Source: Escherichia phage vB_EcoM_ACG-C40
DNA: 64,000 bases
Direction: 5' to 3' (one strand)
Sequence record: NC_019399.1
Under the pieces are notes generated by a model. It ran no database searches and was not told the origin of the DNA. It was given only the letters and a program-made list of their open reading frames with translations. The position numbers and the translations under genes were made by a program. Positions 41,277-52,066 of the stretch are shown here, piece after piece. Within the stretch, counting starts at the first letter, position 1; each line of letters starts with the position of its first letter.

Positions 41277-43541
41277 TCATAATTTACAGGATGAACAATC
41301 TTCAGCTTTTGGAGTTTCTATTTCATAATCATCAGTACCAGAACCATCGCGGGTATTATGATAATAGAAATTTTTTCCGCCAAAATACCAAAAATACAAA
41401 AGGTCATCAATCATTATTGACATTGGAACCTTTCCTTTTGGAAAAATCTGCGGGTCATAATATGTATTCGCTGAAGCTGATTGACATACCCATTTCAGCA
41501 TAATAGCTACCTGCGTAAGATAAGGTTTATTACCTTTCTTAGCTAATTTCCATGTATAATCATATAGGTCTATGTTATGCTCAATATTGGGCACGACTTG
41601 ATTAAAGGAGCCCTCTTTTGATTCTTTAACAGAGACTGGTCCACGTGGAGGCTCGATACCGTTTGTACTGTTAGAAACTTGGGAAGATGACTCACATGGC
41701 ATAAGTGCTGATAATGTGCTATTACGGATGCCAAAGAGCTTAAGGTCTTCCCGCAGCGCCGACCAGTCACAAACGTATTTTGGAGCTGCGATTTGGTCAA
41801 TCTTTTTATTGTACCAGTCGATAGGTAATTCGCCTCGAGACCAACGAGTGTCTGAATAATATTCGCAAGGTCCTTTTTCTTTGGCGAGCTTAATGGATGC
41901 TTTAATGAGTCCATACTGTAATCTCTCAAATAGTTCATGTGTTAAATCATTAGCATCTTCATAAGAAGCAAAGTTACTTGCCAGCCAAGCTGCATAGTTG
42001 GTAACACCTACACCGAGGTTACGACGCTTTTTAGCTTTTTCTGCTTCAGGAACTGGATATCCTTGGTAATCCAACAGATTATCAAGAGCACGAACTTGAA
42101 CTTCTGCCAATTCATTAATTTTATCTTGGTCTTGCCAGTCAAAATTATCTAGTACGAATGCAGAGAGAGTACACAATCCAATTTCAGCATCAGGACTATT
42201 CACATCATTTGTTGGAATAGCAATTTCACAGCACAAGTTACTCTGACGAATAGGCGCCTTTTCACGAATAAACGGAGTATAGTTATTCGTATTATCAATG
42301 AACTGCACATAAATCCTTGCGGTTCCTGAACGTTCAGTCATGAGCAATTCAAATAGTTCACGGGCTTTAATACGCTTTTTACGAATATTAGGGTCTTTTT
42401 CTGCTGCTTCGTATAATTCACGGAAACGGTTTTGGTCTTTAAAATAAGAATAATAAAGTTCGCCACCCATTTCATGCGGACTGAACAAAGTAATGTAATC
42501 ATTCTTTCCGAATCGTTCCATCATTAGGTCATTCAGTTGAACGCCATAATCCATATGACGGATACGGTTTTCTTCTACGCCTTTGTTATTTTTCAAAACG
42601 AGAAGATTTTCAACTTCCAAATGCCAAATAGGATAATAAGCAGTAGCAGCGCCGCCACGAATTCCACCCTGTGAGCATGATTTAACTGCAGTCTGAAAAT
42701 GTTTCCAAAAAGGAATAACACCAGTATGGCGTACTTCACCCATGCCAATCTTAGAACCTTCAGCACGAATCATACCAACGTTAATACCAATTCCAGCGCG
42801 TTTAGAGATATATTCAACAATTGAAGCGGAAGCCTTGTTGATAGACTTTAATGAATCACCTGCCTCAATAACAACACATGAACTAAACTGTCGAGTCGGA
42901 GTACGACAACCAGCCATAATAGGAGTTGGTAATGAAATCTGTCGAGTAGATACTGCTTCATAAAAACGGATAACGTGTTTTAATCTATCAACAGGTTCAT
43001 CTTGATGCAATGCCATTCCAATAGTCATAAATGCAAACTGTGGAGTTTCATAAATTTGACCAGTGGTTTTATCTTTAACTAGATATTTTTCTTTTAATTG
43101 CATCGCCCCGGAATAAGTAAATTCCATATCCCGTTCGTGCTTAATTTTTGATTCTAAAAATGTAATTTCTTCTGCTGAATATTTTGACAACAGTTCAGGG
43201 TCGTATTTACCTTCATTTACACAGTAAGAAATATGGTCAATAAATGAACGCGGTTCATACTGCCCATAAACATGCTTACGAAGAGCGAACATTAGACAAC
43301 GTGCAGCTACATATTGATAATCAGGCTCTTCAACCGAAATAGAATTCGCAGCGGCCTTAATGACAATAGTCTGAATATCATCAGTTGTCATTCCATCACG
43401 GAGATAAGATTTAATATTTTCATATAATTCATAAGGATCTACTGATGTTCCCTCAGCTGCCCAAGATAAAACTTTAATAATTTTTTGTGGGTCAAAGCTC
43501 TGAGAAACACCACTACTTTTGATAACATTAATTAATTGCAT
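41277..43541 (-). CDS. nrdA: Ribonucleotide reductase large subunit NrdA
   Basis: 754-aa ORF with ATP-cone N-terminus; only 51 bp separate it from nrdB. Confidence 0.95.
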   Translation of the reverse strand: MQLINVIKSSGVSQSFDPQKIIKVLSWAAEGTSVDPYELYENIKSYLRDGMTTDDIQTIVIKAAANSISVEEPDYQYVAARCLMFALRKHVYGQYEPRSFIDHISYCVNEGKYDPELLSKYSAEEITFLESKIKHERDMEFTYSGAMQLKEKYLVKDKTTGQIYETPQFAFMTIGMALHQDEPVDRLKHVIRFYEAVSTRQISLPTPIMAGCRTPTRQFSSCVVIEAGDSLKSINKASASIVEYISKRAGIGINVGMIRAEGSKIGMGEVRHTGVIPFWKHFQTAVKSCSQGGIRGGAATAYYPIWHLEVENLLVLKNNKGVEENRIRHMDYGVQLNDLMMERFGKNDYITLFSPHEMGGELYYSYFKDQNRFRELYEAAEKDPNIRKKRIKARELFELLMTERSGTARIYVQFIDNTNNYTPFIREKAPIRQSNLCCEIAIPTNDVNSPDAEIGLCTLSAFVLDNFDWQDQDKINELAEVQVRALDNLLDYQGYPVPEAEKAKKRRNLGVGVTNYAAWLASNFASYEDANDLTHELFERLQYGLIKASIKLAKEKGPCEYYSDTRWSRGELPIDWYNKKIDQIAAPKYVCDWSALREDLKLFGIRNSTLSALMPCESSSQVSNSTNGIEPPRGPVSVKESKEGSFNQVVPNIEHNIDLYDYTWKLAKKGNKPYLTQVAIMLKWVCQSASANTYYDPQIFPKGKVPMSIMIDDLLYFWYFGGKNFYYHNTRDGSGTDDYEIETPKAEDCSSCKL

Positions 43542-43858
43542 AAGTCCTCAACTTGAAAATCGTCTTTAAACAATCGGTTAACTATATGAGCTATTATATC
43601 ACCATGACACGGCTTTGGTTTACATGTGCATCCTAGCCTCATTCCACGTAAAGGCTCTAAATGTGCTTTAGTTATTTCTCCGGATTTAATTCGACGTATA
43701 AAATCTTTTTTGAATAATTCAATGGCAGCCTCCCGGCTGCCAGCATCTTTACCGACGTAATTTCCCCAAAATGTACCACGGTGAATATTCACATCAAAGT
43801 CGGATTTGTATTTATTCACTACCCGACATAGACGGCCCGCGCGGTGATAATTCGGCAT
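43532..43858 (-). CDS. Hypothetical protein (nrdA.1-like)
   Basis: 108-aa ORF. Confidence 0.5.
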   Translation of the reverse strand: MPNYHRAGRLCRVVNKYKSDFDVNIHRGTFWGNYVGKDAGSREAAIELFKKDFIRRIKSGEITKAHLEPLRGMRLGCTCKPKPCHGDIIAHIVNRLFKDDFQVEDLCN

Positions 43859-44075
43859 ATTGTTTTTCCGTTAAAACAGTAATATCGTAGTAACAGTCAG
43901 AAGAAGTTTTAACTGTGGAAATTTTATTATCAAAATACTCACGAGTCATTTTATGAGTATAATATTTTTTGCCATAAATGATAATAGGCTGATTTGGTCC
44001 TGGAACTTCTAACTCACTTGGGTTAGGAAGTGTAAAAAGAACTACACCAGAAGTATCTTTAAATCGTAAAATCAT
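43812..44075 (-). CDS. Hypothetical protein (nrdA.2-like)
   Basis: 87-aa ORF. Confidence 0.5.
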   Translation of the reverse strand: MILRFKDTSGVVLFTLPNPSELEVPGPNQPIIIYGKKYYTHKMTREYFDNKISTVKTSSDCYYDITVLTEKQYAELSPRGPSMSGSE

Positions 44076-44098
44076 AAATCCTCACAATTAAATTAAAA

Positions 44099-44410
44099 TT
44101 ACACCGCCATTTTTCCTTTCAAGACGCCGTGGGACTGATAATCTTTGAGAACGAAATCTTTAGGCCTGAGTTTAAGAATGTATTCCAATTGTTCTTTAGT
44201 AGAAAGATAGCGGAATTTATAAGGCAATCCGCCTATTACCAGTTCACAAAGCTCTTTAGGTTCACGACGCAAAATTTCTTTACATTGTTCTACGTGATTC
44301 ATATAGATATGAGTATTACCACCGGAAAATATCAAATCTCCCGGAATAAGATTACACATCTTAGCTACAATATGAACTAACGTAGCATATGATGCAATAT
44401 TAAATGGAAG
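44099..44410 (-). CDS. td: Thymidylate synthase, exon 2
   Basis: LPFNIASYATLVHIVAKMCNLIPGDLIFSGGNTHIYMNHVEQ...; exon starts right after intron 3' end ...ATAATG. Confidence 0.9.
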   Translation of the reverse strand, partial: LPFNIASYATLVHIVAKMCNLIPGDLIFSGGNTHIYMNHVEQCKEILRREPKELCELVIGGLPYKFRYLSTKEQLEYILKLRPKDFVLKDYQSHGVLKGKMAV

Positions 44411-45426
44411 CATTATGTTCAGATAAGGTCGTTAATCTTACCCCGGAATTATATCCAGCTGCATGTCACCATGCAGATCAGACTATATCTCCAACTTGTT
44501 AAAGCAAGTTGTCTATCGTTTCGAGTCACTTGACCCTACTCCCCAAAGGGATAGTCGTTAGGCATTTATGTAGAACCAATTCCATTTATCAGATTTTACA
44601 CGATAAGTAACTAATCCAGACGAAATTTTAAAATGTCTAGCTGCATCTGCTGCACAATCAAAAATAACCCCATCACATGAAATCTTTTTAATATTACTAG
44701 GCTTTTTACCTTTCATCTTTTCTGATATTTTAGATTTAGTTATGTCTGAATGCTTATGATTAAAGAATGAATTATTTTCACCTGAACGATTTCTGCATTT
44801 ACTACAAGTATAAGCAGAAGTTTGTATGCGAACACCGCACTTACAAAACTTATGGGTTTCTGGATTCCAACGCCCGTTTTTACTTCCGGGTTTACTGTAA
44901 AGAGCTTTCCGACCATCAGGTCCAAGTTTAAGCATCTTAGCTTTAACAGTTTCAGAACGTTTCTTAATAATTTCTTCTTTTAATGGATGCGTAGAACATG
45001 TATCACCAAACGTTGCGTCAGCAATATTGTATCCATTAATTTTAGAATTAAGCTCTTTAATCCAAAAATTTTCTCGTTCAATAATCAAATCTTTCTCATA
45101 TGGAATTTCTTCCAAAATAGAACATTCAAACACATTACCATGTTTGTTAAAAGACCTCTGAAGCTTTATAGAAGAATGGCATCCTTTTTCTAAATCTTTA
45201 AAATGCCTCTTCCATCTCTTTTCAAAATCTTTAGCACTTCCTACATATACTTTATTGTTTAAAGTATTTTTAATCTGATAAATTCCGCTTTTCATAAATA
45301 CCTCTTTAAATATAGAAGTATTTATTAAAGGGCAGTCCTACAATTTAGCACGGGATTGTCTACTAGAGAGGTTCCCCGTTTAGATAGATTACAAGTATAA
45401 GTCACCTTATACTCAGGCCTCAATTA
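44411..45426 (-). mobile_element. Group I self-splicing intron in td, carrying I-TevI
   Basis: 1016 nt between td exons; 5' end reads TAATTGAGGCCTGAGTATAAGGTGACTTATACTTG..., as recalled for the T4 td intron; exons join in frame to 286 aa. Confidence 0.9.
44558..45295 (-). CDS. I-TevI: Intron-encoded GIY-YIG homing endonuclease I-TevI
   Basis: 245-aa ORF starting MKSGIYQIKNTLNNKVYVGSAKDFEKRWKRHF. Confidence 0.95.
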   Translation of the reverse strand: MKSGIYQIKNTLNNKVYVGSAKDFEKRWKRHFKDLEKGCHSSIKLQRSFNKHGNVFECSILEEIPYEKDLIIERENFWIKELNSKINGYNIADATFGDTCSTHPLKEEIIKKRSETVKAKMLKLGPDGRKALYSKPGSKNGRWNPETHKFCKCGVRIQTSAYTCSKCRNRSGENNSFFNHKHSDITKSKISEKMKGKKPSNIKKISCDGVIFDCAADAARHFKISSGLVTYRVKSDKWNWFYINA

Positions 45427-45974
45427 ACCCAAGAAAACATCTACTGATCGTTGATACCACTGCAAATCCAAATAGCCATTACGCACATTAAACTGATAGA
45501 ACATATGACAAGGCGGTAATGCCATCTGCTTGAGTTCAGCTGGATTCCATGCTGAAACAATTTGACGCCTATCATTTGGCAGTTTTTTAATACGATCAAT
45601 AACTTCTATAATTTGGTCTACACCACCAAAATCACGCCACTGTTTTCCATAAATTGGACCAAGTTCACCGCTATGGTATCCTAAATCTTTTGCTTGATTT
45701 TCGTAATTTTCATCCCAAACTGTTTTGCCTTGGATTAACGAATCATGTTGAATTAATCGCAAATCATTGACATTTGTGCTTCCCGATAAAAACCAAAGCA
45801 GCTCAGCAATGCAAGCTTTCCAGGCGAGCTTCTTAGTTGTTACTGCAGGAAAACCTTTAGTTAAATCCCAGCGTAATTTAGTACCGAACAAAGCAATTGT
45901 TCCTGTGCCTGTTCGGTCATCGGTTTCGTAGCCATTTTCCAGGATATCTTTAATTAAAAATTGGTATTGTTTCA

Positions 45975-45975
<1 letters not shown>
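45427..45975 (-). CDS. td: Thymidylate synthase, exon 1
   Basis: 183 codons from MKQYQFLIKDILENGYETDDRTGTG to ...SVDVFLG, then intron. Confidence 0.9.
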
Positions 45976-47004
<1,029 letters not shown>

Positions 47005-47014
47005 ATTATTTTCC

Positions 47015-47257
47015 TTAAACAGACTTTTTCACAATTTTCCAATCAGCTTTAAACTGCTCGACGTCAGAATGGTAAATCCAAAATCCTGCGCTTTCTCCGT
47101 CTTCATAAAGAGGACATCCATCACATTCATCTTCCCATCCCATGTCACGTAAAAGATGTTCAGCTTTTTCAACAAGTTCAGAATCTTTACCGATGATATT
47201 AAAATACCATTTACCTCTAACTTCCGAATCTTTAATGCTCTGACGTTGTAATCTCAT
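47015..47257 (-). CDS. Hypothetical protein (frd.2-like)
   Basis: 80-aa ORF. Confidence 0.55.
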   Translation of the reverse strand: MRLQRQSIKDSEVRGKWYFNIIGKDSELVEKAEHLLRDMGWEDECDGCPLYEDGESAGFWIYHSDVEQFKADWKIVKKSV

Positions 47258-47267
47258 TTTATTCTCC

Positions 47268-47336
47268 TTAGCAAGCTTTAATCAAAAGATATAAACAAAC
47301 CAACATAACTGCTGCCATAATATAAGGTGCTAACAT
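47268..47336 (-). CDS. Candidate 22-aa hydrophobic peptide
   Basis: ATG 47336 preceded by GGAG at 8 nt; MLAPYIMAAVMLVCLYLLIKAC; its TAA overlaps the Shine-Dalgarno of the next ORF. Confidence 0.3.
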   Translation of the reverse strand: MLAPYIMAAVMLVCLYLLIKAC

Positions 47337-47361
47337 TTTCTTTTCTCCATTAGTTTTGATA

Positions 47362-47396
47362 GGGTAATAGTATCACACTACTACCCTGCTGTAAAC
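47362..47396 (-). promoter_or_regulatory. Early-promoter-like element with -10 inside a stem-loop
   Basis: Minus strand GTTTAC (47396-47391), 18-nt spacer, TACTAT; 8-bp stem GGGTAGTA/TATTACCC at 47362-47386. Confidence 0.5.
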
Positions 47397-47797
47397 TACT
47401 TTTTGAAAGTTTTTCGCAAAAGTTCAATGATTTCATCTACATTGTTTTCGTCAACAATGCAGTGAATTTTTGTTACGCCAGAAACCTTGTCTTTGACTTC
47501 ATCTTCTTCAGAAGTTGGTTCTTTATATTCGCGGAAACAATAAAACTCTTCTTCACTAAGTTCAAAATAATCATCACCCATACCATCATCATTATAGATT
47601 TCACCATTAGCACAAATGATTTCGGTTACATAATCAAAGCCATCTAAACTTGATATTGATTTAACTTCAAACCAACCGCCATTTTCTTGAATGATGCCGA
47701 CCATACTAGCATTTGATGAACTAATATCAATGAAAGATTTAATACGGTGTGGATTTAACTCGTATTTTTTGCCGATTTCCATTTTGATTTTCCTCAT
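47396..47797 (-). CDS. Hypothetical protein (frd.3-like)
   Basis: 133-aa acidic ORF. Confidence 0.5.
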   Translation of the reverse strand: MRKIKMEIGKKYELNPHRIKSFIDISSSNASMVGIIQENGGWFEVKSISSLDGFDYVTEIICANGEIYNDDGMGDDYFELSEEEFYCFREYKEPTSEEDEVKDKVSGVTKIHCIVDENNVDEIIELLRKTFKK

Positions 47798-47827
47798 TTT
47801 AATAGGGGCTTAATAGCCCCTTGATAA

Positions 47828-48055
47828 TTATTGTTCAATCATTCCCATGTAAAATTCTGTGTCTTCAGCATCCATACCATCACAATATTCATTAGCCATA
47901 AAGCGGGTGAGGTCTTCAAGAGGACCTTCAATAACGATTTGAATACTCCAAAACTTAGAATCTTGCACGCTTGTGATACTAAGTTCAGGATAACGATTAC
48001 GAATAATTTCTTCAATATATTCAAAATCAACGATGTCAATATCAACTTTAGCCAT
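47828..48055 (-). CDS. Hypothetical protein
   Basis: 75 aa from internal Met [16 protein letters not shown]; the track ORF extends upstream to 48181. Confidence 0.45.
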   Translation of the reverse strand: MAKVDIDIVDFEYIEEIIRNRYPELSITSVQDSKFWSIQIVIEGPLEDLTRFMANEYCDGMDAEDTEFYMGMIEQ

Positions 48056-48150
48056 ATTATTTTCCTCTTTAATTATCAGCAGTATTGCCGATAGTTGTAT
48101 AGTACCATGGAAGGACAAGGATGTAAACAGTTTTGTGAAAAAATTTTTGA

Positions 48151-48178
48151 AATAAAAAAAAGGGACCTCTAGGGTCCC
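48151..48178 (-). terminator. Rho-independent terminator after gene 32
   Basis: On minus strand GGGACC-loop-GGTCCC followed by TTTTTTTTTATTT. Confidence 0.75.
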
Positions 48179-48201
48179 CAATTAATTAGTAATATAATCT
48201 G

Positions 48202-49107
48202 TTAAAGGTCATTCAAAAGGTCATCTAGGTCCGTGTCATCAGCACTAGATGAACTGCCAGAGCTTGAGCTCATAAAATCATCTTCAGTTTTTGTTTTGAA
48301 GTCATCAACATTGAATGCATCCAAATCATCAGCAACTTTATCAGCTTTCTTAGCGGCAGTTGCAGCGGCACCACCCATTGCAGCAGTTCCCATAACTTGA
48401 CTGAACTTAGTGCTCAGTTCTTCAAATGATTTGAATTTATCTTTAGAAGTCATTTCAGAAAGGTCAACCATTTGTTCGAACAGTTCTTTCTGGAAAGATT
48501 CATCGTCAATGTTTGGAATCGCAGATTGATTCAGGAATTTAGATTCGTCGTAGTTACTAAATCCAGAAACCTGTTTAACTTTCAGTACAAAGTTAGCACC
48601 TTCCCACGGACAAGTTACATCAACCGGAGTTTCACCCATTTCAACATCAACTGCAATCATTGCATTGATTTTATCCCAGATTTTCTTACCGAAACGATAT
48701 TTAAATACTTTACCTTCGTTTTCTGGAGCAGCTGGGTCTTTTACAACAAGAATATTAGCCCAGTAAGAAGTTTTACGTTTAACAAGACTGTACTCTTTAT
48801 TGTCAGTGTTGTACAGATCATTTTTACTGATGTACTGACATACTGGACAAGAATCGTAATCACCATGGGTAGATGAACATGTTTCAATATACCATTTACC
48901 ATTTTTCTTGAAACCGTGATTTACAAGAATTGCGAATGGTGCTTGTTCATCATTTTTAGACGGAAGAAAACGAATTACTGCTTGACCGTTACCCGCATTA
49001 TCGAGTTTCAGTTTCCACTCGCCTTTATCTTCAGAAGAAAAACCTTTATTGCCATTCAGTTTAGCCATTTGTGCAGCAAGTTCAGCAGTAGATTTACGTT
49101 TAAACAT
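48202..49107 (-). CDS. 32: Single-stranded DNA-binding protein gp32
   Basis: 301-aa ORF starting [49 protein letters not shown], acidic Ser-rich C-terminus. Confidence 0.97.
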
Positions 49108-49190
49108 TTTATTTCCTTTTTAATTTAATTTAATTTAATTAACAGTTGGTGCTATGACACTTTACCTCATAGCTGGCATAATTCGCAATA
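49108..49190 (-). promoter_or_regulatory. Gene 32 translational operator (UUAAA repeats plus upstream structured region)
   Basis: Minus strand upstream of ATG: ...GUUAAUUAAAUUAAAUUAAAUUAAAAAGGAAAUAAA-AUG, preceded by ...AUGCCAGCUAUGAGGUAAAGUGUCAUAGCACC, the segment recalled as the gp32 autoregulatory pseudoknot. Confidence 0.7.
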
Positions 49191-49799
49191 CTCTGGGTCT
49201 TCGAGAGGTATCCAACCTGAGTTGAAATACTTTACCATCGATTTAGCAGTTGTATCAGTTATATTTATATTACCTTTAACTCTTCGCCATCCGGGAGTTT
49301 TACCGTACAGATTAGAGGATAATAATAACACATAATTCTCGTAAGCAATATGAGATAATTTCCAAGACTCTATATTAGCTCGTGATGTTTTCCAAGGTCT
49401 AAAATCGTCACGGTTCATATAATTAGCCAATCTCATATGCTCTCTAACTTCCGGGTCTTTGGCTGGATGAGTTTCACCACTCACACCAAATCCACCACCA
49501 GCATATACCAGATTAAAATAGTCTGGATTATCTCTGGCATTTACTTCAAGTTGGTATTTTCGTTCTGCTTCAATAACATCCAAGTCATCATCAATTTGAA
49601 TTATTTTAACGCTCGGTTTTTGAAGCATTAGCGCATTCAAAAATCTTTTTTGTTTACATGAGCTCCAGTATTCCTTTCCGGAAGAGTCATATATTATTCC
49701 GTTCTCAAATGAGCAATTTAATTTACTACCGATATAGTAGTATGGCGGAGTCTTATTTTTGACACGGTCTTCAAATGTAAACCAATATACTATATTCAT
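49167..49799 (-). CDS. Seg-like GIY-YIG homing endonuclease (segG position)
   Basis: 210-aa ORF between 59 and 32 with IVYWFTFEDRVKNKTPPYYYIGSK (degenerate GIY...YIG); T4 has segG here. Confidence 0.5.
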   Translation of the reverse strand: MNIVYWFTFEDRVKNKTPPYYYIGSKLNCSFENGIIYDSSGKEYWSSCKQKRFLNALMLQKPSVKIIQIDDDLDVIEAERKYQLEVNARDNPDYFNLVYAGGGFGVSGETHPAKDPEVREHMRLANYMNRDDFRPWKTSRANIESWKLSHIAYENYVLLLSSNLYGKTPGWRRVKGNINITDTTAKSMVKYFNSGWIPLEDPEYCELCQL

Positions 49800-49800
49800 A

Positions 49801-50454
49801 TCAATACTTACAAGATTTCACAGTTTCAATGAAAACATTTTTAGCTTTCTGTGAATCAATATTTAAAATTTTTCTATAAGCCTTTAACTTTATAGAATAA
49901 TTATTCCAGACTAAATTATCAGTCTGTTCATCGTGTTTATCAATTATATTTAAAAACGAATCAAGCAAGATAAACGTTTCAAACGAAATTATATTCGATT
50001 GAAGTAGTTTAAAAATATAACTTGATTGAACTTTTGGATTATACTCAAAGATTTCTTTAAAAGCAGAAACTCCAACTTTCTTACTAAAATAATAAATGTT
50101 GCGAATATCTTCTTCAAACTTAAATTTAATTTGCTTTAAGCGTCCGATATATTCACGATAAAACACAAGTGCATCAGCGTCAGAGATGTCGCCAATCCAA
50201 GCATCCTGGTTAGCAACAAGATTGCTTATAAAGATTAAAGCAAGTTCCTTTAATTTATATTTTTCTGATAACTTCTGGAAAAAATACTTATCCCTTCGCT
50301 TTTGATAAGCGGCATCAGACACCCGCATGCACCAATTATACTTAATAACATCATACTTTCCATTCATATGTTGTTTTATCATTAAGTATAATTTATAAAC
50401 TGATTTACCATCAATGTATCTTTCACCACCAGCAGGCATGCGGAGTTTAATCAT
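49801..50454 (-). CDS. 59: Helicase loader gp59
   Basis: 217-aa ORF starting MIKLRMPAGGERYIDGKSVYKLYLMIKQHMNGKYD. Confidence 0.9.
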   Translation of the reverse strand: MIKLRMPAGGERYIDGKSVYKLYLMIKQHMNGKYDVIKYNWCMRVSDAAYQKRRDKYFFQKLSEKYKLKELALIFISNLVANQDAWIGDISDADALVFYREYIGRLKQIKFKFEEDIRNIYYFSKKVGVSAFKEIFEYNPKVQSSYIFKLLQSNIISFETFILLDSFLNIIDKHDEQTDNLVWNNYSIKLKAYRKILNIDSQKAKNVFIETVKSCKY

Positions 50455-50789
50455 AGTAGAAAATCTAATGTATTAGTTTTTTCACAACGAACAACAGAAG
50501 GACGTAAAAGATTTTCGTCAATGGCTTCTGACTGAATTTTTTCAATTATACCCGAAGGAATAAATTTAGCAAATTGAGTTTCAGGAATAGAGTTTTCTTC
50601 TAAGAATGCTGTTGTAGCTTCAAGATAACTCATTCCAAACTCTTCTACCATTTTTTCAATAATAAATCCATTTTCTTGACGATCAAGAAGCTTTGCTATT
50701 TCATCCTTTTCTTTCTTGATTGAAAGTTCTTTTTCTGAAAGACCGGTCTCATCGACCGGACGAATGTCATTTAGAGAAAACTGTGTCAT
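50451..50789 (-). CDS. 33: Late transcription co-activator gp33
   Basis: 112 aa from MTQFSLNDIRPVDETGLSEKEL; track start is 3 codons upstream. Confidence 0.85.
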   Translation of the reverse strand: MTQFSLNDIRPVDETGLSEKELSIKKEKDEIAKLLDRQENGFIIEKMVEEFGMSYLEATTAFLEENSIPETQFAKFIPSGIIEKIQSEAIDENLLRPSVVRCEKTNTLDFLL

Positions 50790-51036
50790 AAAGTTCAACT
50801 ACCTCTTCAGTTTCAGCTTCAAACACATCACGGTTATCTTTATGATACAAAGCTAATAGACGATTAAACATCTTACCATCAACGCCAAGTTCATCTTTGG
50901 CACGAATTCGAATATCTTTAATCAGTTCATTATAACCGGAAATTTTCAGTTTATGGTCAGATGCTTCTTTAATAAATTTAGCCAAGTCTTCGCCATGGAT
51001 AGCTTCATCAAATTCAACCATTTCTTTTTTAGCCAT
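50767..51036 (-). CDS. dsbA: Double-stranded DNA-binding protein DsbA
   Basis: 89-aa ORF, T4 length and position. Confidence 0.8.
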   Translation of the reverse strand: MAKKEMVEFDEAIHGEDLAKFIKEASDHKLKISGYNELIKDIRIRAKDELGVDGKMFNRLLALYHKDNRDVFEAETEEVVELYDTVFSK

Positions 51037-51044
51037 TATTCACC

Positions 51045-51962
51045 TCAAAATTCATTAATGCTATTAGTTAATTTAGAAAGACCCGCTTTTACAAAATATG
51101 AATAAATTTTGCCACGCGGTGGTAATTTATATGAATTATAGTAATTCACAATGTTTGAAGCAATATTATCAGGAATATAATCAAAATCAATTAGAACTAA
51201 ATTTTCTTTATAACGATTATACTCAGATTCTGAGAGAAGCACCTTAGCTTGCTCACGATCATTAGCAATAGCTTCAACGATTGAAGTTTTCATTGAAGGA
51301 GTCCGTTCACCTTCAACTCTGGTAAACCAAAAGTCAGAACGTACTTTAACTGAAGCAACGTTATCCTTTTTGTCACCCTTAAGAATTTTAGTCATACAAT
51401 CAATTTCAGCAGAACCGCTTTTAATTTTAACCCATTTCTTGTGCATCGGTGACCATTGCTTAACATTTGGATATTTGTGAAGTTGAGTAAAGTCACCGTC
51501 CGATGAAATGATTAAAATCTTATGTCCTTCTAAAGAGAACTTTTTAACAAGAACAGCAATGTGGTCATCTGCTTCATACTTATCAATATCCATAACAATG
51601 TATGGCATATAAGCTTTCAATTCATCTATAACTTTATGACTGGATTCAAAATAACCTTCCCAGTCCCAAGTAGATTCTTCTCGTGCTTTTCCACGGTTTT
51701 TCTTATAATAATAAGCGAAATCACGACGCCAGTATCCAGATTTCGCGTTATCAATACACAGTACAATTTTAGTGTATCCAAGCGTTTTTGCTTTTTTGAC
51801 ATTAAACTTAATTGAGTTCAATATCAAATGACGAACCATTGATAAATTAATTTTTTCTTTATCTGGGAAGTTTACCAGAGCAGTTGAAAGAGCAATTTGA
51901 CTAAAGTCAATAAAGCAAATTCCTTCTTTGTAATCTTCATCCAGCATCATTTCTAAATCCAT
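51045..51962 (-). CDS. rnh: RNase H (5'-3' exonuclease, FEN-1 family)
   Basis: 305 aa from MDLEMMLDEDYKEGIC; the track start at 51977 is a TTG. Confidence 0.9.
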   Translation of the reverse strand: MDLEMMLDEDYKEGICFIDFSQIALSTALVNFPDKEKINLSMVRHLILNSIKFNVKKAKTLGYTKIVLCIDNAKSGYWRRDFAYYYKKNRGKAREESTWDWEGYFESSHKVIDELKAYMPYIVMDIDKYEADDHIAVLVKKFSLEGHKILIISSDGDFTQLHKYPNVKQWSPMHKKWVKIKSGSAEIDCMTKILKGDKKDNVASVKVRSDFWFTRVEGERTPSMKTSIVEAIANDREQAKVLLSESEYNRYKENLVLIDFDYIPDNIASNIVNYYNSYKLPPRGKIYSYFVKAGLSKLTNSINEF

Positions 51963-51991
51963 ATGAACCTCGTTCAATTAGTGAGATTTCT

Positions 51992-52021
51992 ATTATATAC
52001 TATCTAAATCTTAAAGTAAAC
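51992..52021 (-). promoter_or_regulatory. Early promoter for rnh
   Basis: Minus strand GTTTAC, 18-nt spacer, TATAAT; AGATTT/AAATCT inverted repeat around the -10. Confidence 0.6.
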
Positions 52022-52024
52022 AGG

Positions 52025-52032
52025 TATAAATA
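52025..52032 (+). promoter_or_regulatory. Late promoter TATAAATA for gene 34
   Basis: Exact TATAAATA about 35 nt upstream of ATG 52067, abutting the divergent rnh -35. Confidence 0.6.
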
Positions 52033-52066
52033 CTTATTATTGAAAACACAATAGGAGCCCGGGAGA

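Noticed and set aside
47828-48181. 117-aa ORF with a hydrophobic N-terminal extension
   Set aside because: The extension runs into the gene 32 terminator region; the internal ATG at 48055 gives a more plausible 75-aa protein.
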